DNA from: a virus
Taxonomy: Duplodnaviria; Caudoviricetes
DNA length: 54,905 bases
IMG/VR virus record: IMGVR_UViG_3300035138_000057
Coordinates: 1-54,905 of that record
Strand: one strand, 5' to 3'
The notes beneath the pieces are model-generated. The model saw only the letters and a list, made by a program, of their open reading frames with translations, did not search any database and was not told where the DNA came from. Made by a program: the position numbers and the translations under genes. How positions within the stretch are numbered: the first letter of the stretch is position 1; each line of letters begins with the position of its first letter. Below are positions 27,026 through 36,143 of this stretch, one piece after another.

Positions 27026-28935
27026 ACAGCTGGCTTCGCGACGCAGCGGTAATCGATTTCGAGGCTCTGCCGATCCGCAATCGACCGACTTACCCGCCGG
27101 CGCCGGTCGGGGTGGCTCTCGACGTACCAGGGCGGCGTGCACGTTACCTGGCGTGGGGTCACCCGACCGGCCGCAATAACTCGACGTGGGAAGAGGCTCG
27201 GCGAGAAGTGGGTGACTTGCAGGCATCAGGTCGTCCGCTGCTCTATCACAACGCGAAGTTCGACGTCGAGGTGCAGACTACGCACCTAGATCTGCCGTTA
27301 CCGCCGTGGGAGCAGGTGCACGACACGCTGCCGATGCTCTTCCTCCAGGACCCCAGGGCACCAGATTATCAGCTGAAACCGTCGGCGGAACGGTTACTCG
27401 GGGAGGCTCCCGAGGAGCGTGATGATCTGATTGATTGGTTGGTCGAGCATCAACCGGTGCCTGAGGTAAAGCTCGTTCCGACCAGAACGAAATCACGTAG
27501 TAAGAAGGTGAAAACCACCACGTACGCGGGGGCATATGTCGCTCTTGCTCCACCATCGGTAGCTGGTCCGTACGCGATCGGCGACGTGCGTCTGACGAAG
27601 TTTATAGCACGTCACGCTTATCCCTACATTGAAAAGATGGGCATGGTCGGAGCGTACGACCTCGAACGCGCGCTGCTGCCAACGCTCCTGGCTATGGAGA
27701 AGCGCGGGGTGCGGGTGGACCTCAAGCGGCTCGGGAAGGACATCGATCTCTACCAGCGAGCGCTGGTCAAGCTGGCTGCGTGGATCCGGCAGCGGCTCGG
27801 GGTGAAGGAGGACTTCAATCTCAATTCGCCGAAGCTGGGTGAAGCGTTGGTGAAGGCGCAGGTGGCGGATCCGACGAAGCTCGGACGCAACTCGAAGGGG
27901 TACGAGGTCAACAAGGACGCGTTGGAGCGCGGGGTGACCGACCCGCAGATGCTCGCGGCGCTGCGGTACTACGGGTCGATGACTTCTTATCTCAGCAACC
28001 CGCTGACACCGTGGTACGAGCAGGCTAGCGTCACGGGTGGACTGATCTATACGACGTGGCACTCGACGCGGCGATCGCACGACGGAGGGGGCTTGGCGGG
28101 GGCGCGTACCGGGCGACTGAGTTGCACGCCGAACCTGATGAACCTACGCAAGAAGGTAGAGCAGCACTTTCGATCGCGTAGGGATAAGTCTTTGCCGCTA
28201 GCCCCGGTGAAGCTACCTCCGCTGCCAGTCATTCGTCAGTACATCGTACCGCATGACGAGGGGGAGGTGCTCTTTGGGAGGGATTTCAACGGGCAGGAGC
28301 CACGGGTCTTCGCCCACTTTGAGGACGGCCCTCTCTGTCAGCGGTTCAACGAGGAACCGGAGACCGATCTCCATCAGGAGGTGGCCGATCAGGTGAGTGC
28401 TTTCGGTTATCCTATTCCGCGCAAGAAAGCTAAGATTATCAATCTAGCTACTATGTATTCCATGGGGATCGGCACGCTGGCTGAGCGGTTGGGTTGTAGT
28501 ATCGGTGAAGCGAAGAGCATCCGAAAGGCGTACTTCGAGTGCTTTCCCTCAATCCGATCGTTGTCGGATGAAGCTCGTAACCGATTCAGGCAGAAAGCCT
28601 TCATTCGAACGTTCGCCGGTCGGGTGTACTACGCGGAACAGGGTAAGCTTGTTAATGGTCGATGGCAGGATTTTGCTTATAAAGCGTTGAACATTCTGAT
28701 CCAAGGATCGAGTGCGGATCTCACTAAGCTAGCGATGAGGGACTTCGATCGCGTGGCCCGAGCCAAACTGCTGATCTCGGTACACGACGAGATAGTTTGC
28801 AGCGCTCCGAAGGAGATCTGGCGTGAGGAGATGGATCTTCTTCGATCTGTCATGAACTTGCCCAGGTTAGATGTACCGATCCTGAGTGAAGGTTACAAAG
28901 GATTTAACTGGGCGGAGATCGAATCGTGCGCGTAG
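27022..28935 (+). CDS. polA: Family A DNA polymerase with 3'-5' exonuclease
   Basis: IDFE, HNAKFD, YAIGDV; TGRLS; DFNGQEPRVFAHF (A), RKKAKIINLATMY (B), NILIQGSSAD, SVHDE (C). Confidence 0.97.
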   Translation: MNSWLRDAAVIDFEALPIRNRPTYPPAPVGVALDVPGRRARYLAWGHPTGRNNSTWEEARREVGDLQASGRPLLYHNAKFDVEVQTTHLDLPLPPWEQVHDTLPMLFLQDPRAPDYQLKPSAERLLGEAPEERDDLIDWLVEHQPVPEVKLVPTRTKSRSKKVKTTTYAGAYVALAPPSVAGPYAIGDVRLTKFIARHAYPYIEKMGMVGAYDLERALLPTLLAMEKRGVRVDLKRLGKDIDLYQRALVKLAAWIRQRLGVKEDFNLNSPKLGEALVKAQVADPTKLGRNSKGYEVNKDALERGVTDPQMLAALRYYGSMTSYLSNPLTPWYEQASVTGGLIYTTWHSTRRSHDGGGLAGARTGRLSCTPNLMNLRKKVEQHFRSRRDKSLPLAPVKLPPLPVIRQYIVPHDEGEVLFGRDFNGQEPRVFAHFEDGPLCQRFNEEPETDLHQEVADQVSAFGYPIPRKKAKIINLATMYSMGIGTLAERLGCSIGEAKSIRKAYFECFPSIRSLSDEARNRFRQKAFIRTFAGRVYYAEQGKLVNGRWQDFAYKALNILIQGSSADLTKLAMRDFDRVARAKLLISVHDEIVCSAPKEIWREEMDLLRSVMNLPRLDVPILSEGYKGFNWAEIESCA

Positions 28936-29402
28936 TAATCTGTTGTAGATGCGGTGTTAGATGCGAGCGCACCGGACGAAACCAAAGGTATTGCGTTAAA
29001 TGCAGAAAGGAGATCGGTAGAGAGGTTAGTTATCAGTACGCCGTGAGAAGCGGGCGCATTAAGAACCCTGGTGTTGGTAAAGGCAAAGCACAAGGTCGAG
29101 GTTTGGATCATTATAGTTACAAAAATGGCACAGGGTCCTACAAAGGATGTGTGAAATCGTTTTGTGAACGATGCGGATCACAAGCTTTCTTGTGCGTGCA
29201 TCACCGTGATCGCGATCGAGCTAACAACGAGCTGAGCAACCTCGTAACGTTGTGCAGGAGCTGTCATCAGAGGGAGCACGGAGCTGCCGATCACTTGAAC
29301 ACAGACGAAGCTATTAAAGCTAGACACCGGAGCAGGTCTAGGTTAGCCAAGCGTTTGAACAGAAAACGACCTCGAGATGACCGAGGAAGGTTTATCGGGT
29401 AG
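28926..29402 (+). CDS. HNH endonuclease
   Basis: CERCG..LCVHHRDRDRANNELSNLVTLCRSCHQREH; lower GC. Confidence 0.92.
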   Translation: MRVVICCRCGVRCERTGRNQRYCVKCRKEIGREVSYQYAVRSGRIKNPGVGKGKAQGRGLDHYSYKNGTGSYKGCVKSFCERCGSQAFLCVHHRDRDRANNELSNLVTLCRSCHQREHGAADHLNTDEAIKARHRSRSRLAKRLNRKRPRDDRGRFIG

Positions 29403-29411
29403 AAAGGCGGT

Positions 29412-30110
29412 GTGATGTCTCGAAAGCCAATGAAACGAATTGTTGCCTGGTCCGACAGTCGGAAGCGTGATTACGATATGTGTCCGTTGAAGGCCTTTTT
29501 CAAGCACGTGCAGAAGATCCGCGAACCGGAGAACGAAGCAATGGCTCGTGGACAACTGATCCATACCGAGGGGGAGGAGTACGCGATCGGTAAGCGTAAG
29601 AAGCTGCCGAAGTCTTGTGAGCTCTTCGAGGAGGAGTTCGCCGAGCTGCGGGCGGTGCGCAAGCGGATCGAGCGGGAGAAGGAGTACGCGGTTGATCGGT
29701 ACTGGCATCCGTGCAGCTGGTTTGCGCCGGAAACCTGGCTGCGGGTCAAGGCTGATTTGGGTTACCTGCTAGACGATGAGACCTACCGGGTGATCGACCT
29801 GAAGACCGGCAAGGTGCGGCCGGAGAACGTGACGCAGCTCGACATCTACGCCCCGGTGGTGCACGCACACCAACCTGAGCACGTGCTCGTGGTGCAGGCG
29901 GAGCTCTGGTACCTCGACTGGGGGGAGATCGAGGAGCGGCGGTACTCGCGAGCTGATTCGTTACGGTTGCAAAAGCAATGGGAGAAGGAGACGAAGCGAA
30001 TGCTCAGCGACACACAGTTCAAGCCGACACCCAGTCGGCTCTGCGCGTGGTGCTGGTACGGTCAAGCGAAGAAGGATGAAGGCGGTCCGGGGCTCTGCGA
30101 GCACGGATAG
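29412..30110 (+). CDS. PD-(D/E)xK Cas4/RecB-like exonuclease
   Basis: WSDS..CP, RGQLIH, KADL, VIDLKTGK, QLDIY, LCAWC. Confidence 0.9.
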   Translation: MMSRKPMKRIVAWSDSRKRDYDMCPLKAFFKHVQKIREPENEAMARGQLIHTEGEEYAIGKRKKLPKSCELFEEEFAELRAVRKRIEREKEYAVDRYWHPCSWFAPETWLRVKADLGYLLDDETYRVIDLKTGKVRPENVTQLDIYAPVVHAHQPEHVLVVQAELWYLDWGEIEERRYSRADSLRLQKQWEKETKRMLSDTQFKPTPSRLCAWCWYGQAKKDEGGPGLCEHG

Positions 30111-30120
30111 GAGGTGAGAG

Positions 30121-30378
30121 ATGCCGAGTACATCGGACGAGCAACGAGCGCGATGGCCAGGCGGCGACGCCGAGGCTGTTAGGGTGCTGGAGCGAGCTGG
30201 TTACCAATTGAATCAGTATTGGTCCTGGGAAGCGCCAGAGGGTCATACACCGACCGCGAGGGAGCTGGATGCGATTGGGTACCTGGTGCACGAATGGGAT
30301 TACGGTACGTTGGTGCGTGCTACACCAGACCAAATACATTCGATTTGGAGCAGTCCTTGGCAGGAGCCATCAGCGTGA
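30121..30378 (+). CDS. Hypothetical protein
   Basis: AGGAGG RBS; DAIGYLVHEWDYG. Confidence 0.7.
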   Translation: MPSTSDEQRARWPGGDAEAVRVLERAGYQLNQYWSWEAPEGHTPTARELDAIGYLVHEWDYGTLVRATPDQIHSIWSSPWQEPSA

Positions 30379-30671
30379 AGCGGTTGGAGAGATCGGTGGA
30401 ACGACGCTTCGTGCAGCTGCTCGACGACCGCGGGCTCGAGCACGTTAAGTTCACGCCGTGGAGCCGGACAGGTCGGCCGGATCGCTTGGTGCTACTGCCT
30501 GGCGGTCGGCCGGTGTTCGTGGAGCTCAAGCGATCGGGCGAGGTTCCTCGTCCGTTACAGGATCATGTGATCAACGAACTGCGCCAGCTGGGTTACCCGG
30601 TGATCGTCGAGGACGACGCGGACCGCGCGTTTCTCCTGGTGCTGCAGCACGGAGGGTTAACGCGTGAGTGA
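30375..30671 (+). CDS. VRR-NUC domain nuclease (resolvase)
   Basis: GRPDRLVLLPGG..FVELKR..PRPLQ..LRQLG. Confidence 0.93.
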   Translation: MKRLERSVERRFVQLLDDRGLEHVKFTPWSRTGRPDRLVLLPGGRPVFVELKRSGEVPRPLQDHVINELRQLGYPVIVEDDADRAFLLVLQHGGLTRE

Positions 30672-32112
30672 CTTGCTCGAGGTGAGACCCGAGTCCTGGC
30701 AACCGTACGCGTACCACAAGCGCGCGGTGAAGTGGTTGGTCGAGCACCAGTATGGGTTGCTGCTGCTCGACCTCGGACTCGGGAAGACCGCGTGCACCCT
30801 TAAGGCATTTGACATTTTGCGCGAAGCGAAAGTGGTTCGCCGAGCGCTGGTGGTCGCTCCGCGCCGGCCGTGCTACGAGGTGTGGAGCGCGAAGGAGGGG
30901 GGTGAGCTCTGGCGGTGGACGGACTTCCACCACCTGCGCGTGGTCCTCCTGCATGGTCCGAAGAAGGATCGACGTCTCGAGGACGACGCGGACCTCTACG
31001 TGGTCAACTGGAGCGGGCTGCGGTGGCTCGACGAGAGCGGTGGTTTTCGATCGTTGCTGCGACGCGGGCTCGACCTGTTGGTGCTGGACGAAGGGAGCAA
31101 GATCAAGAACCTACGGACCGAGCGAGCGCGAGCGGTGAAGCCGCACCTGTCGCGATTCGCGCGGCGGTGGTTGCTGACGGGTACCCCCGAGTCGAACTCG
31201 CTGCTGGACGTCTTCGGGGAGACGTTCGCGGTGGATCTGGGGAAGACGTTCGGACCGTACATCACACACTTTCGTACTCAGTACTTCCAACCCTGTGGGT
31301 ACATGGGTAAACAATGGAAGCCTCATGAGGATACTGAAAAGAAGATCTTCAAGCGCCTGAAACCGATCTCCCTTTCGATGCGAGCGAAAGACCACCTCGA
31401 TCTCCCGTCGCTCGTCGAGCGAAACACCTGGATCGACCTGCCAGCTAAAGCTCGTAAGGCCTACGACGAGCTCGAGCGGGACCTGATCACGCAGCTGGAT
31501 GACGGGACGCTGACCGCGGCGAACGCGGGGGTGGCTAGTATCAAGTGTCGGCAGGTAGCGAGCGGCGGGGTTTACCGGGAGAAGCTGATCCGAGTTAGGG
31601 GTGCGTCGAAGCGCGGCAGGGAGACCGTGCACCTGCACGACGCGAAGACCGAGGCGCTGGTTGACATCGTAGACGAGCTGCAGGGGTCGCCGTTGCTGGT
31701 GCTCTTCGAGTTCGGTCACGACCTCGAGCGCATCCGGAAGGCGCTGGGGCGGAGCACGCCATCGCTCGACGGGAGGACGTCGGACAAGGAGGCCTCGCGG
31801 TTGATCGTGAGGTGGAACGCTGGGAAGCTCCGGGTACTTTGCGGTCACCCGGCGTCGATGGGCCACGGGTTGAACCTGCAGCGCAGCGGGCATCACGTGT
31901 GTTGTTACTCGATAGGGTGGAACTTAGAGTTGTATTCTCAGGCGATCAAGCGAGTCCACCGACTAGGGCAGAAAAAGCGAGTGATCGTCCACCGGTTGCT
32001 CGCGCGGGACACGGTGGACGAGGCGATTGCTACGGCGCTGCAGCGCAAGCACAGTGCGCAGGAACGCTTACTCGACGCGCTGCGGGGCTACCTGCGTCGG
32101 CGAAAAATTTGA
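30664..32112 (+). CDS. SNF2-like SF2 helicase
   Basis: DLGLGKT, VLDEGS, LTGTP, HPASMGHGLNLQ, QAIKRVHRLGQ. Confidence 0.95.
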   Translation: MSDLLEVRPESWQPYAYHKRAVKWLVEHQYGLLLLDLGLGKTACTLKAFDILREAKVVRRALVVAPRRPCYEVWSAKEGGELWRWTDFHHLRVVLLHGPKKDRRLEDDADLYVVNWSGLRWLDESGGFRSLLRRGLDLLVLDEGSKIKNLRTERARAVKPHLSRFARRWLLTGTPESNSLLDVFGETFAVDLGKTFGPYITHFRTQYFQPCGYMGKQWKPHEDTEKKIFKRLKPISLSMRAKDHLDLPSLVERNTWIDLPAKARKAYDELERDLITQLDDGTLTAANAGVASIKCRQVASGGVYREKLIRVRGASKRGRETVHLHDAKTEALVDIVDELQGSPLLVLFEFGHDLERIRKALGRSTPSLDGRTSDKEASRLIVRWNAGKLRVLCGHPASMGHGLNLQRSGHHVCCYSIGWNLELYSQAIKRVHRLGQKKRVIVHRLLARDTVDEAIATALQRKHSAQERLLDALRGYLRRRKI

Positions 32113-32156
32113 TTACGCGGATCGGGTGTGGTATCGTTGGGAGAACGCTGAGAGGT
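32109..32156 (+). promoter_or_regulatory. Promoter with GCTGAGAGGT leader motif
   Basis: TTGATT-17-TATCGT with extended -10 TG, then GCTGAGAGGT at 32147. Confidence 0.65.
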
Positions 32157-32160
32157 AAGA

Positions 32161-32376
32161 GTGAGCAAACCACGTTCCCAGATCGAGTTTCCCTGTCCGG
32201 CGTGCGGTAAGCGCTTCCCTCTCCCGACACTGCTTACTCACGTTGAGCAGGGAAGGTGTAGACAACGACTGAACAAGCTGCGTAGCAAGCTGTTCAAGCG
32301 GAGTGGGAAGCGATCGGCAGCGCAGGTGCTGAAAGCGGAGATCCACGAGGTGCTGACCAAAGGGGGTGCGGTGTGA
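32161..32376 (+). CDS. Small Zn-finger protein
   Basis: FPCPACGKRF..L..HV..C. Confidence 0.7.
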   Translation: MSKPRSQIEFPCPACGKRFPLPTLLTHVEQGRCRQRLNKLRSKLFKRSGKRSAAQVLKAEIHEVLTKGGAV

Positions 32377-32449
32377 AACGCCGCCCTCTTACTGAACGAT
32401 TTTGGGAAAAGGTGTTAATCACTACACCCAAGGATTGTTGGCTATGGCC
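32373..32449 (+). pseudogene. N-terminal remnant of an HNH endonuclease
   Basis: MKRRPLTERFWEKV..CWLW, then loses similarity where the kinase gene begins. Confidence 0.65.
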
Positions 32450-33385
32450 CGAATTACTATATTTTGCGGCCCGGATGGCTCAGGCAAGAGCACGTTGGCT
32501 CACCAATATGCCGATCGTACCGGAGCGCGTTACTTCCATCACGGACCGTGCTCGCGGGTAACTGGTAATCACCTGCTCAAGGTGTACCTCGAGATGCTGC
32601 TGCCGGCGCTGTGGGGTTACCAGGACGTGGTGCTCGACCGCGCGTGGCCCTCCGAGCAGGTTTACGGATCGGTGATCCGAGGCAAGGACCGCGTCGGGTC
32701 GATCGGGGCGCGGTTGCTCGAGCGTCACGCGCTGCGCTGCGAGGTAGCGGTGGTGCTCTGCCTTCCGACGCTGGAGACCTGCCGCGAGGTGTGGCAGCGG
32801 CATGGGCGCGTCGAGCTCTACAGCCACGAATTGCTGGTACGCGTGCACGGGGAGTACCAGCGCCGGTGGCACGACGGGTGTTTTACGGAGCTGCCGCTGG
32901 TGACCCACGCAGTGCACGGGCACGAGGAAACGCTGTGGCGCGAGCTCGCGGCGGTGCACGAGCACCAGGAGGCGCACTACACCCTGCGAGGCATGGGTGG
33001 AAACCTGCTAGCTCCGGTGGCCCTGGTAGGTGACGAGCTCGGACCGATGCGCAACGAGGACCTCGCGATGCGCGTGCCGTTCGGATCGTTTAGCGGCGCT
33101 GGGTGCAGTCGGTGGTTGACGCAGCAACTACAGCTTAACGGGATCCGCGAGGACCAGCTGCTGTGGGTGAGCGCGGACAACCCGCAATTCCAGGATATAG
33201 CCACTGAGTGGCTTATGCATAAGAGTGCGGTGTATGCTCTTGGGAAGCAAGCCAGTCAGCGTTTGTACGAGGCTGGAATTTCGCACGTCGAAGTGGAACA
33301 TCCGCGAAACGCAAAACGGGTTTGTCATCGGCGGGCGTACGAGCTCCCACGGTTGATCAAGGAAGTGCTCGATGAGGAAGGCTAG
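32444..33385 (+). CDS. dNMP kinase-like P-loop domain fused to a UDG-superfamily-like domain
   Basis: GPDGSGKSTL, VLDRAWPSEQVYG; C-terminal VALVGDELG..PF..GCSRWL..ALGKQA..HP. Confidence 0.75.
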   Translation: MARITIFCGPDGSGKSTLAHQYADRTGARYFHHGPCSRVTGNHLLKVYLEMLLPALWGYQDVVLDRAWPSEQVYGSVIRGKDRVGSIGARLLERHALRCEVAVVLCLPTLETCREVWQRHGRVELYSHELLVRVHGEYQRRWHDGCFTELPLVTHAVHGHEETLWRELAAVHEHQEAHYTLRGMGGNLLAPVALVGDELGPMRNEDLAMRVPFGSFSGAGCSRWLTQQLQLNGIREDQLLWVSADNPQFQDIATEWLMHKSAVYALGKQASQRLYEAGISHVEVEHPRNAKRVCHRRAYELPRLIKEVLDEEG

Positions 33386-33932
33386 ACCGAAGAGTCGTCA
33401 GGACCGGCGTAGCCCGGAGTGGCTCGTGCGGTGCTTGGAGCGCGAGGTGCTGGGGGGAAAGCGCTTCCTGCTCGACCCGGCGGCGTCGAATCACAATGCT
33501 GTGTGTAAGCGCTACTATACCGAAGAACACGACGGGCTCGTGCCCAGGTGGGCGAGGTACAACTACGTCAATCCCGGGTTCGCCAAGGAAGCGTTGTGGC
33601 TGGAGAAGGCGATCGCGGAGTGGCGGGACCGAGGTTTTACCTCGTGCGTGCTCGGACCGACGGGTTGTTCGCAGGAGTGGTTCCACGAGCTCGCGCGGCT
33701 AGGGACGGTTTACGCTCCGAACGGACGGATCTCGTTCTGCGACCCGGGGACCGGAGCTCCGCACGCGCCAGACGAGACGGGGGCGGACCGTGACACGATG
33801 ATCTACGTCTTCGGGCCGGAGTTCGTCAATCGTCGGCGCGACGGATGGACGATCCGGCCGCTCGACGTGCGCGGCTTCCTCGAGACGTGGGATGGCCACC
33901 TCGGTGCGGTCGGGTGGAAGGGAGGCCGGTGA
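33372..33932 (+). CDS. Phage DNA N6-adenine methyltransferase (Dam-like)
   Basis: SPEWL, LDPAAS..NA.C..YYT...DGL, NPGF, WF, GRISF. Confidence 0.85.
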   Translation: MRKARPKSRQDRRSPEWLVRCLEREVLGGKRFLLDPAASNHNAVCKRYYTEEHDGLVPRWARYNYVNPGFAKEALWLEKAIAEWRDRGFTSCVLGPTGCSQEWFHELARLGTVYAPNGRISFCDPGTGAPHAPDETGADRDTMIYVFGPEFVNRRRDGWTIRPLDVRGFLETWDGHLGAVGWKGGR

Positions 33933-34183
33933 TGCCATCGACCGACCGAGCGATGCTCGCTGACCTGGCAAGGTGGCTGCTCGAGCCTCGGACTATCTCG
34001 AGTATAACCGAGCACTGCGGGATCGGCGTGTCGGGGGTGTACCGGCGGCTCCGCGCGCTCGAGCGGGAAGGGTACGTGATCTACCGGAGGCGGGACCGTG
34101 AGACGGGGGAGCTCGTCCGACAGGCAGCTGGGCGGGACGGGATCCCGGTGCAAGTGGTTGATCCTGTTGACGAAAAAAGATGA
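33932..34183 (+). CDS. Winged-HTH DNA-binding protein
   Basis: TISSITEHCGIGVSGVYRRLRALEREGYVI. Confidence 0.8.
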   Translation: MPSTDRAMLADLARWLLEPRTISSITEHCGIGVSGVYRRLRALEREGYVIYRRRDRETGELVRQAAGRDGIPVQVVDPVDEKR

Positions 34184-34203
34184 TTCCTCCGATGTCGATT
34201 TAG

Positions 34204-34241
34204 TTGAAGTCAGCGAAAAAATCGCCGATACTAGGATCATG
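34204..34241 (+). promoter_or_regulatory. Leaderless promoter with palindromic spacer, copy 1
   Basis: TTGAAG-TCAGCGAAAAAATCGCC-GATACT-AGGATC-ATG. Confidence 0.7.
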
Positions 34242-34670
34242 AAGACAACGCGAGAGATGCAGATAGCCTACCGACACGGCAAAGCGCATGCTGGCCAAGA
34301 CATGATGGGTATCGCTTACGGTCCGGATGGCGAGCGTTGGGGTTGTTGGATGGATGACCCAGTGCTGCGTTTATTTTGGGGCGCCGGGCACGAAGAGGAG
34401 CAAATGCCTCGCTGGGTCGAGGCCGAGCGCTACGGGGATCTACCCGCGGAAGGTGTGTCACGTAACTATACAGATGACCGAGCTGAGGCAGGTGTGTCGG
34501 TGGCACGGTTGCTCGACGGTAGCGATGACTACAATTGGATGATGGGTGCGTGGGGTGAGGACAGTGCTTACGCCCGCCCAGTCCGCAAGGTGGCGGGGTG
34601 GTTGCACCACGATCGCGGCAGTGACGGCGAGCCGTTGTTGGTGGGCGCTGTGGAGGTGCACTGTGGCTAA
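34239..34670 (+). CDS. Hypothetical early protein
   Basis: ATG directly after the promoter; RYGDLP..G.S.NY..EAGVSV..GSDGEPLL. Confidence 0.75.
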   Translation: MKTTREMQIAYRHGKAHAGQDMMGIAYGPDGERWGCWMDDPVLRLFWGAGHEEEQMPRWVEAERYGDLPAEGVSRNYTDDRAEAGVSVARLLDGSDDYNWMMGAWGEDSAYARPVRKVAGWLHHDRGSDGEPLLVGAVEVHCG

Positions 34671-34857
34671 GCTTAATCCCCGTGACGTCAAGCAGATAGC
34701 GATTGACGCGCTCACGACCGATGACACCCTGGCGGTGACTACGCGAGACGGAGAGCGCTTTATCGAGCTGAGCCCACGGGACATCCTGCACGTGGCCACC
34801 CGGATCGCCATCGAGATCGCCAGCAACCACGCTGGTAAAGTTGTCGAGGAGCTGTGA
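34663..34857 (+). CDS. Hypothetical protein
   Basis: GGAGG RBS, GTG start. Confidence 0.55.
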   Translation: MAKLNPRDVKQIAIDALTTDDTLAVTTRDGERFIELSPRDILHVATRIAIEIASNHAGKVVEEL

Positions 34858-34858
34858 G

Positions 34859-35050
34859 ATGCGTGCGATCGAGGGATCACGAGCTGGACGACCGGTAGCG
34901 CGGGACGACCTCCTCGAGGAGGAGCGCCGGCGCTACCGCGAGGCGAGCACCCCGTCAGACGCACAGCTCGCGTACCGTAGCTTGCTCCGGTCGGCTGCGC
35001 GGAGCTGCCTGGTGCTCAAGGCGATCGAGCAGCGCAGGGGTGTTAAGTGA
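34859..35050 (+). CDS. Hypothetical protein
   Basis: Coupled ORF. Confidence 0.5.
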   Translation: MRAIEGSRAGRPVARDDLLEEERRRYREASTPSDAQLAYRSLLRSAARSCLVLKAIEQRRGVK

Positions 35051-35424
35051 GAATGGACATCACCAGCGATGACCTCGATCTCGCCGCGAGGCGGTTGTGC
35101 CTCCAGCACCTGTTAGGCAACCACGGGGAGTTACACAAGCACCGGCACGTCTTCGTCAGGCAACACTCGATCACCGGCAGGTTGGGTCAGATCGAACCGC
35201 TAGCGATGCAAACGTGGCACGATGCGCTCGCGCGGGAGCTGCTCCGGCGTGGTTACCGGCACGAGAGCCCGTACACGCTGCCTCCGCTGGATTACCTGCC
35301 GTTGAAAGATCGCTTGGGTCGAGTTGACCGGGAGACAGCGTTGGAGAACCTTACCAGGAGGTGCGCAGCGTGCCGCGAGCGGATCTTCCGGCTGAACGCG
35401 TGGCTGCTTGGTTGGAGGAAGTAA
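35047..35424 (+). CDS. Pyrimidine-dimer DNA glycosylase / endonuclease V-like protein
   Basis: MRM..LCLQHLLGNHGELH, HDALARELLRRGYRHESP, C-terminal CAAC. Confidence 0.8.
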   Translation: MRMDITSDDLDLAARRLCLQHLLGNHGELHKHRHVFVRQHSITGRLGQIEPLAMQTWHDALARELLRRGYRHESPYTLPPLDYLPLKDRLGRVDRETALENLTRRCAACRERIFRLNAWLLGWRK

Positions 35425-35702
35425 TGAAGAGGTATCGTTGGATGGTTTTTCAAAAACTTCGGACCGAGCTGTTACATCAACTCGTATGTCGAGCGGTTGA
35501 GAACGGGTGGACGCCGGTGCAAGTCGTCGTGATACCTGGTCGGACGTACTCGAAAGTAGATTTCAATCATCCTTACCCGGGGCAGCGTACCGCTCCCATG
35601 ACAGCTACAGAAGACTCAACTGTGCTCCTTCTGGCGAAGAGGGGTTGGCTGCGTCACCAACTCCGACGGCTGATCGACTGGTTGACCGGCCGTAGGAAGT
35701 AA
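35424..35702 (+). CDS. Hypothetical protein
   Basis: TAATG coupling, RBS. Confidence 0.55.
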   Translation: MKRYRWMVFQKLRTELLHQLVCRAVENGWTPVQVVVIPGRTYSKVDFNHPYPGQRTAPMTATEDSTVLLLAKRGWLRHQLRRLIDWLTGRRK

Positions 35703-35752
35703 TGGCGTTCGACCAAACCCCGAGCCGGCCGTGGAGGTCACGAGGTAGATAG

Positions 35753-35968
35753 ATGATCACCGTACGCACAAATACCGACTCCTTGGGGATCACCTATTGC
35801 GTGGTTTTGCACGAGGGGTGGACCTTGCTGGTGTTGGCTGTTGTGCGTTCTGAGTCGCGAGATGTCTTACCGTGGCGTACCACACACTTCGAGCCTCATA
35901 AAAGTGACGCGCAGAAGGGGTTTTTGATTCATGCGCACGAGGCACTCGATGAACGCGGGCCCGGGTGA
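35753..35968 (+). CDS. Hypothetical protein
   Basis: GAGG RBS. Confidence 0.5.
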   Translation: MITVRTNTDSLGITYCVVLHEGWTLLVLAVVRSESRDVLPWRTTHFEPHKSDAQKGFLIHAHEALDERGPG

Positions 35969-36143
35969 GCCGGGCGCCCCGAGAGGGTACACCTACTAAA
36001 CACCGGCCATACGATGCCGGAGAACTTTAGCCAGCGTGGGTGCTGGAAGGAATGACCGAGGGGTGAAGCAGCTACGGGGTTCGCAGTTGTTTCACCACCT
36101 CCTCGAGCTGCCCGTTACGACGAGCGGTTGGAGGAGGTAGACA

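Noticed and set aside
24529-28935. 2-aminoadenine (Z) genome system (DatZ/MazZ/DpoZ-like trio)
   Set aside because: No PurZ/adenylosuccinate synthetase-like ORF recognised anywhere; the HD protein looks YfdR-like
29412-30110. CRISPR-Cas locus suggested by the Cas4-like nuclease
   Set aside because: No repeat-spacer array or other cas genes; this is a standard phage replication exonuclease
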